A program made the translations under genes and the position numbers. Below are positions 20,601 through 31,245 of a stretch of 64,000 nt of DNA, piece after piece (positions within the stretch are counted from its first letter, which is position 1; every line of letters begins with the position of its first letter). The DNA comes from Thermococcus sp. (GTDB taxonomy: Archaea > Methanobacteriota_B > Thermococci > Thermococcales > Thermococcaceae). The DNA lies in NCBI RefSeq assembly GCF_015521605.1, contig NZ_WANV01000017.1:6013-70012 (forward strand), in the 5' to 3' direction. Under the pieces are notes generated by a model, which saw nothing but the letters and a program-made list of their open reading frames with translations, made no database searches and had not been told where the DNA came from.

Positions 20601-20658
20601 TTTATCACCGGAATATGTTCGGCCTAAACCTTAATAAGTCCTGCCCGTTAGTGAAGTT

Positions 20659-20723
20659 GACCGATGAGGAGTGTCATCCCTCCTGATGCCAAGATGATGA
20701 CATTATCCCCACCTGAGGTGGTC
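20659..20723 (+). ncRNA. C/D box sRNA (2'-O-methylation guide)
   Basis: C box AUGAGGA 20664-20670, 12-nt guide, D' CUGA 20683-20686, 7-nt spacer, C' AUGAUGA 20694-20700, 12-nt guide, D CUGA 20713-20716. Terminal stem GACC/GGUC. Spacing is canonical for archaeal sRNAs. Confidence 0.7.
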
Positions 20724-20725
20724 TC

Positions 20726-21190
20726 ATGCTTGGGTTCTTCAGAAAAAAGAAGAAGGAAACCTACGGGCCGCTCGTCTACCTGAGCGAGCCCACGATACTC
20801 TACCACACCCATACCGAGAAGGTCATCCTTGAACTACTTGAGGAAAAGCTCGGCTCCAACAACTTTGTAATCCCCTCCGACTACGGCCTCAGAACCACCG
20901 ACCATCTGATTCCTGACGCGGAGATATTCGTGGCGATAGCCATAGTCGGCAAGTTCACCTCCCTCGTCGTCAGGGAGATCGAGATAGCCAGGAAGCACGG
21001 GAAGAAAATTTACACCCTCGACGTGGCCAGAAAGGGCGACGAGATACTCTACCTCTTCGAGGAGGGAATTCCAGAGAGGATCGAGTGGCTGACACCCGAG
21101 GAAACCCAGAGCCTCTATGCGGCCTTCCGCGGCGAGGACTTCTCGGGCTTCATGAAGTTCTTCATGGGGGACAGAAAAAGACAGTGGTGA
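20726..21190 (+). CDS. Hypothetical protein (weak nucleoside 2-deoxyribosyltransferase/TIR-like pattern)
   Basis: 154-aa ORF. PLVYLSEP..AEIFVAIAIVG..EIEIARKHGKKIY loosely recalls the NDT-like fold. No firm motif. Confidence 0.4.
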   Translation: MLGFFRKKKKETYGPLVYLSEPTILYHTHTEKVILELLEEKLGSNNFVIPSDYGLRTTDHLIPDAEIFVAIAIVGKFTSLVVREIEIARKHGKKIYTLDVARKGDEILYLFEEGIPERIEWLTPEETQSLYAAFRGEDFSGFMKFFMGDRKRQW

Positions 21191-21200
21191 AAAAGAAAAC

Positions 21201-22640
<1,440 letters not shown>

Positions 22641-23483
22641 TCAGACCACCCCCCTGGACTGAAGGTAGTGCTTTTTGGCCATCTCCTGCTCGCGGACGAA
22701 GCGGGAGTCGCGCCTTATGACGTCGTCCCAGTCCACCTTGTGGGCGTCGAACATCGGGCCGTCGCGGCAGGCGAACTTTATCTCGCCGTTGTAGAGTATC
22801 CTGCAGGAGCCGCACATTCCCGTTCCGTCCACCATTATCTGCCTGACGGTAACGATGGTCGGGATCCCGTACTCCCTGGTCAGTTCCGCCAGCTTTTTGA
22901 GGTTGCCGAGCTTCCCACCGCCGAAAACCATGTCCACCTTGTCCTTCTCTATGAGCTCCCTGAGAACGTCGAGGTAGTGTCCCTTGATTCCGCGAGAGCC
23001 GTCCTCGGTGGTGAGGTAGTGCTCGTCGGCGACAGGCTTTGCCAGGAACTTCTCGGGGTAGGAGTGGGCTTTGTCTTCAAAGGTCTGAATCGATATCGTG
23101 TAGTTGCCGGCCTCCTTCATAGCCTTAAGGGTGGCATAGTTCTCGGCCTGACCGCAGACGGCGTCGGAGACAAAGGCAACACTTCCGTAGTACTTGACCT
23201 CTATAGGCTTCCCCAGGGGGCCAGCGACGGCGTAGAGGTAATCTCCAACGTCGAAGTTGTCCCAGAGGTCGAAGGTGGTCTTCCCGTGCCTCCTGATGAA
23301 CATCCCTATCCTCCCGGTCTCCCTGTCGGCGTAATAGATGGACATGGGGATCCTCTCGCCCTTCTCGTGTATGAGCAAAACAACGAACTGGCCGGGTTTC
23401 CAAGCCTTGGCCACGTGAGGAGCTTCAACCTCAATAAAAAAGTCCCTCACATCGAGCTCTTCTTTAGCAGTTATCCGATACAT
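22641..23483 (-). CDS. nfnA: Ferredoxin-NADP reductase-like small subunit (SudB/NfnA type)
   Basis: 280 aa. FNR-like fold pattern and a C-terminal GMCGSCRI Cys motif. Directly abuts the large-subunit gene. Confidence 0.8.
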   Translation of the reverse strand: MYRITAKEELDVRDFFIEVEAPHVAKAWKPGQFVVLLIHEKGERIPMSIYYADRETGRIGMFIRRHGKTTFDLWDNFDVGDYLYAVAGPLGKPIEVKYYGSVAFVSDAVCGQAENYATLKAMKEAGNYTISIQTFEDKAHSYPEKFLAKPVADEHYLTTEDGSRGIKGHYLDVLRELIEKDKVDMVFGGGKLGNLKKLAELTREYGIPTIVTVRQIMVDGTGMCGSCRILYNGEIKFACRDGPMFDAHKVDWDDVIRRDSRFVREQEMAKKHYLQSRGVV

Positions 23484-23662
23484 GGATGCACCACCTTGAG
23501 CATTTGTTCAAGTTTGTTCACTTTTGGTTTAGGACAAATGGCTTTTATATAGATTTTTTAAACCAAAGGTTGAGAACTGCCATACCTAGAGAACGGTGTA
23601 GACGCCCCGTAGGAGGAGAAAGGCTTTTTACGCCCCGACCCAAAGTAACCGGGGGGATAAAA

Positions 23663-24448
23663 ATGGTCGAAATACCCAAGAGCCACCCGCGCTACTGGAG
23701 CCTGTACTACAGGGAGAAGATCATCGAGGGGATGGAAAAGGGGATGACCGCCAAGGCCGGACTGATAGCCCACGGCCGCGGTGAGGCCTTTGACTACCTC
23801 ATCGGAGAGAAAACGATAGAACCCGCAGAGAGGGCAATGAAAGCCGCCGTCGCCAAGCTGATCCTGGCCGAGCATCCGGTTATCTCGGTCAACGGCAACG
23901 TCGCGGCACTTGTTCCAAAGGAAACTATAGAGCTGGCAAAAGCACTGGGCGCCAGGCTCGAGATAAACCTATTCTACCGCACGGAGGAGCGCGTTAGGGC
24001 AATAGCCGAGGAGCTGAGAAAGTACGACCCCGAGATAGAGCTCCTCGGAATAAATCCCACAAAGCGCATTCCTGGTCTGGAGCACGAGAGGGGAAAGGTT
24101 GATGAGAAGGGGATCTGGAAGGCGGACGTTGTCGTTGTTCCGCTGGAGGACGGTGACAGGACGGAGGCCCTCGTCAGGATGGGCAAGTTCGTGATCACCG
24201 TTGACCTCAACCCGCTCTCACGCTCCGCCAGGATGGCCGACATAACCATCGTCGACAACATAGTCCGGGCATACCCCAGAATGACCGAACTGGCGAGGGA
24301 AATGAAGGACTACAGCCGGAAGGAGCTCCTCCAGATAATAGAGGAGTACGACAACGGAAAAGTGCTGAATGACGTGCTCCTCCACATACGGGACAGGTTA
24401 ACTAAGCTATCTCGCGGAGGAGTATGGAGGAAGGAAAAGCTGGAGTGA
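23663..24448 (+). CDS. Phosphopantothenate synthetase (4-phosphopantoate:beta-alanine ligase, archaeal CoA pathway)
   Basis: 261 aa from ATG 23663. [13 protein letters not shown] and [14 protein letters not shown] match my memory of the archaeal PPS family. The upstream part of the 320-aa ORF lies in the promoter region. Confidence 0.75.
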   Translation: MVEIPKSHPRYWSLYYREKIIEGMEKGMTAKAGLIAHGRGEAFDYLIGEKTIEPAERAMKAAVAKLILAEHPVISVNGNVAALVPKETIELAKALGARLEINLFYRTEERVRAIAEELRKYDPEIELLGINPTKRIPGLEHERGKVDEKGIWKADVVVVPLEDGDRTEALVRMGKFVITVDLNPLSRSARMADITIVDNIVRAYPRMTELAREMKDYSRKELLQIIEEYDNGKVLNDVLLHIRDRLTKLSRGGVWRKEKLE

Positions 24449-24450
24449 TC

Positions 24451-25182
24451 TCAGAGCTCCTTCTCAGTTTTTTCGACGAGCCTTCTAAGGCCCGTTATAA
24501 GCTCGGCCTCGCTGGAGGCATGGGAGACTACCAGGGGCACCCTCTCGTGTTCGGCCAGCTTGACCGCGAGCTCATCGAGCTTTTTAACGCCGTGAAGGAC
24601 AACAACGGCAGGCTTGAGCCCCTGAACGCGAACCGCTATCATCGGGCTTCTGCCGGTTGTCACCTTGGTGAATATGAGGGCCCTCTCGGTCGTCCAGCCG
24701 TAGAGCTTGAGAAACTCCTCGCTGCTCATCTCAAGGATCGCCTTTATGCTGTCGACGACCGTGTAGCCGTAGATGCGCCTGTCGAGGAGGTGCATGTTGG
24801 CTACCACGTCCCCCTTTACGGCGCTCACCAGGTCCTTAATAGTGAGGGGAAGGGCAAACTCCCTGATGTCAAGTATGGCACTCGTGGGAAGCTCGCTTCC
24901 GATGGTCTTGCTGAAGGCCTTTATGACGTTTCCACCACGACGCTCATCTATCTCAAGCAGTGCCTCCACGAACTTCCTTATAGTCGACGCTCCAGGACTC
25001 TTCCTCCTGCCGCCCTCGTAGTCGCTTATGACCGAAGAAGAGACGCCGAGGTATTCGGCGAGTTCCGTCTGGCTGATTCCGAATATCTCACGCCATTTAC
25101 GCATGGTCTTACCAGGGTCGGAGGAGAGGGTTATTTCCCCCGCTATTCTCTTGGCTAGGGCTTCTTTCTCCTTTTCAAGCAT
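24451..25182 (-). CDS. XRE-family HTH transcriptional regulator with C-terminal domain
   Basis: HTH ISQTELAEYLGVSSSVISDYEGGRR. 243 aa. Confidence 0.7.
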   Translation of the reverse strand: MLEKEKEALAKRIAGEITLSSDPGKTMRKWREIFGISQTELAEYLGVSSSVISDYEGGRRKSPGASTIRKFVEALLEIDERRGGNVIKAFSKTIGSELPTSAILDIREFALPLTIKDLVSAVKGDVVANMHLLDRRIYGYTVVDSIKAILEMSSEEFLKLYGWTTERALIFTKVTTGRSPMIAVRVQGLKPAVVVLHGVKKLDELAVKLAEHERVPLVVSHASSEAELITGLRRLVEKTEKEL

Positions 25183-25285
25183 GTTGGTAAAGTGTTCGTC
25201 AATCGTTATAAGCTTTTCGGCAATTGCCTAACATCACCTCCCTCAAGCTTAAAAACTCCCCGCCCTACGCTCCCCGGTGAGGCTC

Positions 25286-26080
25286 ATGGCGATATATTTC
25301 ATAGGGCTTGGCCTTTACGACGAGAAGGACATCACGCTCAAAGGCCTTGAGGCTGCCAGAAGGTGCGATGTGGTCTTTGCCGAGTTCTACACGTCCCTTC
25401 TGGCCGGAACAACGCTGGACAGAGTTGAGGAGCTCATCGGAAAGCCCATCAGAAGGCTCAGCAGGGAGGAGGTCGAACTCCACTTCGAGCGTATTGTGCT
25501 GAGCGAAGCCAAAGAGAGAGACGTGGCCTTTCTGACCGCCGGTGACCCGATGGTGGCGACGACTCACTCCGATCTCAGGATAAGGGCTAAGGAACTCGGA
25601 ATCGAGAGCTATGTCATCCACGCCCCGAGCATCTACTCGGCGATAGCGATAACAGGGCTGCAGATATACAAGTTCGGAAAGAGCGCAACCGTTGCCTACC
25701 CAGAGAAGAACTGGTTTCCGACGAGCCACTACGACGTGATAAAGGAAAACATGGAGAGAAACCTCCACACGATGCTCTTCCTCGACATAAAGGCAGAACA
25801 GAACCGCTACATGACGGCAAACGAGGCGATGGAGATACTGCTCCAGGTGGAAGAGATGAAGAAGGAAAACGTTTTCACCCCCGACACGCTGGTCGTGGTT
25901 CTGGCGAGGGCAGGCTCACTGAACCCCACCCTCAGGGCGGGCTACGTTCGGGACATGATCAGGGAGGACTTTGGAAGGCAGCCCCACGTGATGGTCGTTC
26001 CGGGCAGGCTCCACATAGTCGAGGCGGAGTACCTGGTGGCCTTCGCCGGGGCTCCAAAAGAGATACTCGACGGAGTCTAG
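25286..26080 (+). CDS. dphB: Diphthine synthase
   Basis: 264 aa from ATG 25286. MAIYFIGLGLYDEKDITLKGLE and the tetrapyrrole-methylase fold pattern. Confidence 0.9.
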   Translation: MAIYFIGLGLYDEKDITLKGLEAARRCDVVFAEFYTSLLAGTTLDRVEELIGKPIRRLSREEVELHFERIVLSEAKERDVAFLTAGDPMVATTHSDLRIRAKELGIESYVIHAPSIYSAIAITGLQIYKFGKSATVAYPEKNWFPTSHYDVIKENMERNLHTMLFLDIKAEQNRYMTANEAMEILLQVEEMKKENVFTPDTLVVVLARAGSLNPTLRAGYVRDMIREDFGRQPHVMVVPGRLHIVEAEYLVAFAGAPKEILDGV

Positions 26081-26122
26081 CGAAACCTTTATATTTTCCC
26101 CTCCGCCCACTATTTCCGGGAA

Positions 26123-26200
26123 GGGCCCGTGGTCTAGCCTGGTTATGACGCCGCCCTCACACGGCGGAGGTCCGGGGTTCGAACCCCCGCGGGCCCACCA
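26123..26200 (+). tRNA. tRNA-Val (CAC), CCA encoded
   Basis: Acceptor GGGCCCG/CGGGCCC, anticodon stem CCGCC/GGCGG with loop CUCACAC, T loop UUCGAAC. Confidence 0.9.
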
Positions 26201-26622
26201 TAAGAAACTTCTGCTGGGCATAGTTTCATCAAAATTCGAATGTCTCTCTTGAGATCCTTGGTTTTGAGGTGGGTTTGCTCCTCCCTCGTCGGTTCTGCAC
26301 TGTTTCACTTAGAGAACAACGCTTGAAGGACTTTTGTTTTAAAGTTAAACCCCCTCACAAGGTATCCAAAGAGGCTCTCCCCAAAATTACTTTTTCAAGC
26401 AGAGAACCTGTGCTTTGTGATGGGGGAGGCTTTTAGTGGCTTTCCTGGGTAGGGGGGCTGATATCTGCTGGGTTTCTCTCCCTGCGCCCTCCGGGCGCTG
26501 TTAAAAGTAAAACCCTCGCAAAAAATTGTTTGGGGTGAAAGCCTTTGGAGTTAAAGCGCTTGAAAAGCACGTACAAACTTTGATGAAACTTTGCCCCGCA
26601 AAGTTTTCCGCGGGGGGACCCC

Positions 26623-27504
26623 TTGTCTTTCGTTGTGGCGGGCCGGGCGGGATTTGAACCCGCGACCTTCGGCTCGAAGAGAAGTCTCAACGAAATGTGG
26701 GACCTCCACAAAGACCAGTTCAGGGAATGGCTCTCAAGCAAAGTAAAGGGCAAACGCACAGTGAAGGACTACATGAACTCGCTCGACAGATTTTTGGAGC
26801 GCCACAAAATCAGCACGATAGGTGAGCTGGTCTCAGCCCTCCAGAAGATCGACTACAACCACCACACTGTTTCTGCCCTCAGGAACTTCATAACCTTCCT
26901 GGAACTCTATGGCATCATAGACGGCGATGACGCGGACAGGATACGAAAGTACGCTAAAATGAAAAAGGCCAACGTGGACAGGACATACATCTCAAACGAG
27001 GAAATCCAGGAAGCCTGGAGGCAGGTCAAAGCATACCGTGAGAAACGCCGCGAGCTGGCGTTCAAGCTTCTCGTCTTCTCAGGGCTCCGGCTGGCCCACG
27101 TTCACTACCTCCTCACAACCTTCGACCCTGAAAAGCTGATTCTCCAGGGCAACATAGCAAAGTACCCGCTCCACGAAGCAGGCAAGGGCTCAAAGCGCGT
27201 GTTCTATGCATACATGCCGGCAGACTTTGCCCTTGAGCTCGAAAGGATTCCCGACAGTTACGATGCCATGAGGGAGTGGGTCAGGCGCTTCAGACCACCA
27301 GCACACCGCGTTAAGGGGAAGCTCATCAGGAAGTGGCACTTCAACTTTCTCATCCGGCATGGGGTTCCTTTTGAGGTCGCCGACTTTATCCAGGGCCGCT
27401 CCGCGAAGAGCGTTGGGGAAAGACACTACGCGAACCTTGAACTCCTCGCTGATGAAGCCTACTCCCGCGTTGTTGGGGATTTGAAGAAGGTTCTGGAGGG
27501 GTGA
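26623..27504 (+). CDS. int: SSV-type tyrosine integrase, C-terminal catalytic fragment Int(C)
   Basis: The ORF reads through attL (AGRAGFEPATFGS) into a recombinase domain with candidate catalytic residues (GLRLAH, RKWHFNFLIRHG, GERHY). Its N-terminal partner is at 47658-47911. Confidence 0.8.
   Translation: MSFVVAGRAGFEPATFGSKRSLNEMWDLHKDQFREWLSSKVKGKRTVKDYMNSLDRFLERHKISTIGELVSALQKIDYNHHTVSALRNFITFLELYGIIDGDDADRIRKYAKMKKANVDRTYISNEEIQEAWRQVKAYREKRRELAFKLLVFSGLRLAHVHYLLTTFDPEKLILQGNIAKYPLHEAGKGSKRVFYAYMPADFALELERIPDSYDAMREWVRRFRPPAHRVKGKLIRKWHFNFLIRHGVPFEVADFIQGRSAKSVGERHYANLELLADEAYSRVVGDLKKVLEG
26636..26675. repeat. attL core (40 bp, duplicate of the tRNA-Arg 3' part)
   Basis: TGGCGGGCCGGGCGGGATTTGAACCCGCGACCTTCGGCTC, identical to 47872-47911. 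Flanking bases differ on both sides. Confidence 0.9.
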
Positions 27505-27510
27505 TGCCGA

Positions 27511-27678
27511 ATGAATTTGGTTGTTATCCTGCTGGTTGGGGCCCTACTTGGATTTGGATTTGGCTTCGTGGTTGGAGATGCCCACGGGTACCTCGCTGGC
27601 CAAAAGGAGGCAATCGAGCTGCTTTCCTTTGAGCAGAGAAAGAAGTCTCCATTTATCAGAACAAGGACGAGGTGGTGA
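27511..27678 (+). CDS. Small single-TM protein (55 aa)
   Basis: Own call, below the ORF-track cutoff. ATG 7 nt after the int stop. MNLVVILLVGALLGFGFGFVVG hydrophobic helix. Confidence 0.4.
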   Translation: MNLVVILLVGALLGFGFGFVVGDAHGYLAGQKEAIELLSFEQRKKSPFIRTRTRW

Positions 27679-27682
27679 AGAA

Positions 27683-27883
27683 GTGAGTGGGAAGCCAGTG
27701 CGCCTGGTCTCGATCAGAGGCATCGCGAGGAAGTACAACCTCAACCACATGCGCGTGTGGCGCCTGTTCAACCTCTACCATTCTATCTATGGCGACGATC
27801 CTCGCTATGTTATCATAGACGCCGATGGCAGGCGAAAACCGACGCAGAAGTTCGAAGATTTCGTGAAAAAGCTCCTCTTGTGA
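27683..27883 (+). CDS. Small HTH-like DNA-binding protein (regulator/excisionase candidate)
   Basis: GTG start within the 120-aa ORF. VRLVSIRGIARKYNLNHMRVWRLF looks like an HTH. Lies next to the integrase. Confidence 0.45.
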   Translation: MSGKPVRLVSIRGIARKYNLNHMRVWRLFNLYHSIYGDDPRYVIIDADGRRKPTQKFEDFVKKLLL

Positions 27884-28058
27884 CTTCTTTTGTTACAATG
27901 TATTTTAGCTTTCTTTTTCATGAGTAATACGTTGAGAAGCCCCTTTCGCTCTAATCAGTTCTCTAAAGTCAAGTTCACCGCGAGGCCGAGCCCGAACTCC
28001 GAGGGCACCGATGAGACGGGGAGGGCGATGAGGCCGCCTGATAACCCTCCGGAGGGAT

Positions 28059-29855
28059 GTGGATGTGATCCGGAAAAAAGCACTCGGGGTAGTAGTGGTA
28101 GCCCTTTTCCTCGCGGCCCTCGCGGGCACAGCGACCGCCGCCTCGCTCGACCTGCCGAAGTGGGTCATCGTTCCAGAGGACTCAAGCTTCAGCGACGTGA
28201 CGCTGTTCTGCGGGCTCGATGACCTTGTCAGCAATGGCGATGGAACTTATAATGTGACTGGATTCAGGGACGGGGTAAGTATCATTGCACTAGTTAATGA
28301 TACAAATACAACAAATACAAACAATCCTGCGCTTGTAGCTGGAAGAATCGGGAATGCAATTCATTTCGGAGGCGAACATTACATACAGACAACAACTTTC
28401 TATAATTACACAAAGTCGTACACTGTTGCACTCTGGTTTAGAACAACTGCAACTGGTTATTTGTTCTGGCTTAGTTATAGTGCAACATCATCTGCTCCAG
28501 CGATAGCTGTCAGAATTTACTCATCGACAACATTAGAAGTCGTAAATCTTGTTCCAAACTCTGTGTGGTTGCGTTGGTATGTTAACGCAGGGAAAACAAT
28601 TACTGACGGCGAATGGCACTTTTTAGCGATACGTTACGATGTTGGCAGTAACAGTGGGCAAGTAATACTCGATGGACAAATATTAGGGACAAACACACAA
28701 ACACCAGTAGCAACGAATTGGGCGAGGCTCGTAATCGGAGCAGCATACAATGATTATACTGATACTCTATATGGCTTTTTCACTGGTGATATTGACGAAT
28801 TTAGGGCGGTACAAAGATACCTCACTCTCGACGAAATCAAGCTCCTCTACCTCGCTGGAAGAAAGAAGCTCTCCGAGCCCGCGCAGTTCGGGCAGATTTT
28901 CAGCCCTATGATTGATTTGACAAGGGACAGGGCGACGTTCTACGCTGGTCTTGAGGTCAGCACGAGCGACCCCTCGGGCTACGTGCCCGTGCCCGAGTCA
29001 GCGGTCAACATGAGCATCACCAGCGCCCCGAAGCTCACGAGCGACTACACAAACGCCCCGTTCTACTACCAGGGCCACTACTGGTACCGCGCCGACAAGA
29101 TACAATTCAATTTGCCCATACAGTTCGAGACCGTCCGCGAGAGCGGCGGCTTCTCAAAGGAAATCCTCCTCGACGAGGACAGCAAGACCTTCGTCTACGA
29201 GAAGGAGTTCAAGGTCACCAACCCCACCGCGGCGAAGCTGAACGTCGTCTACACCGTTGACCCCACCGCGCTCGGCTTCTCCGTGCTCCAGTACCCGCAG
29301 TTTGAACTTGACGGCGTCAGCATGGCGGAGTGGAGCCCGAGCAACTCCTCGACGCTCTACCTCATCCGCACCGACTCGCTTGACCCCGGCGAAATCAGCA
29401 CACACTGGATAAAGAGCACCTGGACGATTAGCAAGGAGGAGCTGGAGTTCCCTGCGAAGCTCGACGACTTCAGGAGCATCACCGATTGGACCGCAGCGCA
29501 GAGGATGGCCGAGAATACCCTCGAGGGCAAGACCGACACCTACGTCAAGGTCATCAAAATCGACAGCAACGCGGACGTTTCCAATGTGACTATTCTCGTC
29601 CCGCTCAAGGACGTCAAGGATGAGAACGACGTTATCGAGGCTACAGCCCTCACCGGCGCCAGGGACACGCTCCAGGTCGAGAAGCTCGAAGATGGAAAAG
29701 TCGTCGTGAAAGTGCCCGGCCAGGACTTTGTGAGCGGCCACGCCGAGATAAAGGTTCTCTACAACAAGAGCGGCGGCTCTTGGTTCAGCCAGCTCCTCGA
29801 CAAGATACGCTCGCTCATCGCGAAGATAAAGTCTCTGATTTTCGGGGGTGGCTGA
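28059..29855 (+). CDS. Secreted LamG/concanavalin-A-like lectin-domain protein (adhesin candidate)
   Basis: Signal peptide KKALGVVVVALFLAALAGTATA. LamG pattern GNAIHFGG..YTVALWFRT..GEWHFLAIRYD..LVIGA..FTGDIDEFRAVQRYLTLDEI. GTG start after GGAGGG. Confidence 0.75.
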   Translation: MDVIRKKALGVVVVALFLAALAGTATAASLDLPKWVIVPEDSSFSDVTLFCGLDDLVSNGDGTYNVTGFRDGVSIIALVNDTNTTNTNNPALVAGRIGNAIHFGGEHYIQTTTFYNYTKSYTVALWFRTTATGYLFWLSYSATSSAPAIAVRIYSSTTLEVVNLVPNSVWLRWYVNAGKTITDGEWHFLAIRYDVGSNSGQVILDGQILGTNTQTPVATNWARLVIGAAYNDYTDTLYGFFTGDIDEFRAVQRYLTLDEIKLLYLAGRKKLSEPAQFGQIFSPMIDLTRDRATFYAGLEVSTSDPSGYVPVPESAVNMSITSAPKLTSDYTNAPFYYQGHYWYRADKIQFNLPIQFETVRESGGFSKEILLDEDSKTFVYEKEFKVTNPTAAKLNVVYTVDPTALGFSVLQYPQFELDGVSMAEWSPSNSSTLYLIRTDSLDPGEISTHWIKSTWTISKEELEFPAKLDDFRSITDWTAAQRMAENTLEGKTDTYVKVIKIDSNADVSNVTILVPLKDVKDENDVIEATALTGARDTLQVEKLEDGKVVVKVPGQDFVSGHAEIKVLYNKSGGSWFSQLLDKIRSLIAKIKSLIFGGG

Positions 29856-29897
29856 CTTGGTTGTTTGCGCCACCGTAATAGCTCGCATCGAGGTGAT

Positions 29898-31229
29898 ATG
29901 AAGATGGTTGGGTGGAAAAAGCCCCTCGGCCTCCTGGCCGTTTTCCTGGTTGTGTTTTCCGTCTTTGCCGTAGTGAGGGCAGCGACCATCACCAACGTGG
30001 AGTGGGAGAATGCCATCACCGACCCCGGCATCGAGCTGATTCCAGGCTATCCGGCCACCGTGAACGTCACCATACTGACTTCCAGCGGTGAGCCCTTTGC
30101 CCTCGCGAACCTCCAGGGCGCCGACACGATATCAGTGACTGGAAAGTTCGTGGATGAATATGGAAACGCTCTCGACATGAACGGCGACGGCACCGCCGAC
30201 ATCTACACCTTCTCAAATACCTCCACGCCGGGCCTTTGGACGGCGACGATCAACGTCTCGAACGTCCAGCCGGGCATGTACACTCTCAAGATCGAGGCCA
30301 TAGCGCAGAACAGCACCACCAGCACCATCATCGACAACGCGACCCTTGAGCTCCAGGTTTGGGTCGCAGGGGGTCCGTATTGGGTCGCGATTGCCAACAT
30401 TAAGGACGGTGACACGGTCGAGATTGGGAGCACAAGCTTCACCATCCGCGGTCTCTCCGACCTCGGCGCTATCCTCGACCTCGGGAACCTGAGCACGCAG
30501 ACCCTGACTGACGACGATAGGGACGGAATTTTCAGCTGGCAGCACGACGTGACCGGCGACGGCACGAATGATTGGGTCGTCTTTGTCAAGAGCGACGACA
30601 GCGAGGACGTGTACAACCTCTTCGTCTACTCTGCTGACGCGACCCTCCTCGACAACATCAACATGAGCGACACATTCTACCGCGTTAAGGGTGACAGGAT
30701 CAAGTTCCCGAACAGGGTCTTCAAAGACCTGAACAGGTACAACGCTTATGTCGTGTGGGACGAGAGCTGGCTTGCGAAGCTCGGCCTGAAGGCAGTGGAT
30801 TACTACATAATACCACTCCAGGGCCGCGAGCACTGGAGGGAAGGCATTGGCAACGTCGAGAGGACTGACATAAAGGTCATCAAGAGGACGACCTACCTCT
30901 TCGGCCTGTTCGGGAACGAGGAGGAAGTCTACAGCGGCAACATCTTTGGAAAGAACGTCAACATAGACAACATCCTGAGCATCTTCGGAAAGTTTGTTGG
31001 CAACGCGGCCTATCTAGGCCAGGGAATTTGGGAGATCAAGAGGGGCATAGGCGACATAACAATCCCGAACGACTACACTCTCAAGAGCCGCGAGGCAAGA
31101 GATCTTGCAATAGACGATGAGCTCTGGCGCGGCTTCAACCCGCTCAAGACCGACAAGAGAGGCTTCTTCAGCAAGAGCATTGATTGGGAAGACCTCCTCG
31201 GCATCATGACCGAGGACAGCGAGAGCTGA
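29898..31229 (+). CDS. Secreted protein, unknown function (Ig-like N-terminal region likely)
   Basis: 444 aa from ATG 29898. Signal peptide MKMVGWKKPLGLLAVFLVVFSVFAVVRA and many NxT/S sequons. Confidence 0.6.
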   Translation: MKMVGWKKPLGLLAVFLVVFSVFAVVRAATITNVEWENAITDPGIELIPGYPATVNVTILTSSGEPFALANLQGADTISVTGKFVDEYGNALDMNGDGTADIYTFSNTSTPGLWTATINVSNVQPGMYTLKIEAIAQNSTTSTIIDNATLELQVWVAGGPYWVAIANIKDGDTVEIGSTSFTIRGLSDLGAILDLGNLSTQTLTDDDRDGIFSWQHDVTGDGTNDWVVFVKSDDSEDVYNLFVYSADATLLDNINMSDTFYRVKGDRIKFPNRVFKDLNRYNAYVVWDESWLAKLGLKAVDYYIIPLQGREHWREGIGNVERTDIKVIKRTTYLFGLFGNEEEVYSGNIFGKNVNIDNILSIFGKFVGNAAYLGQGIWEIKRGIGDITIPNDYTLKSREARDLAIDDELWRGFNPLKTDKRGFFSKSIDWEDLLGIMTEDSES

Positions 31230-31245
31230 GGGGGCCTGATACTCT

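Noticed and set aside
26201-26635. 435-bp non-coding spacer between tRNA-Val and attL, checked for a second degraded integration or an ncRNA
   Set aside because: No copy of the tRNA-Val 3' end occurs elsewhere in the window, and no box motifs are present. There are only two short hairpins (26484-26498 and 26594-26615). Word-level similarity to the right flank (GAAAAGCAC, AAACTTT near 48030) is A-rich and too weak to call.
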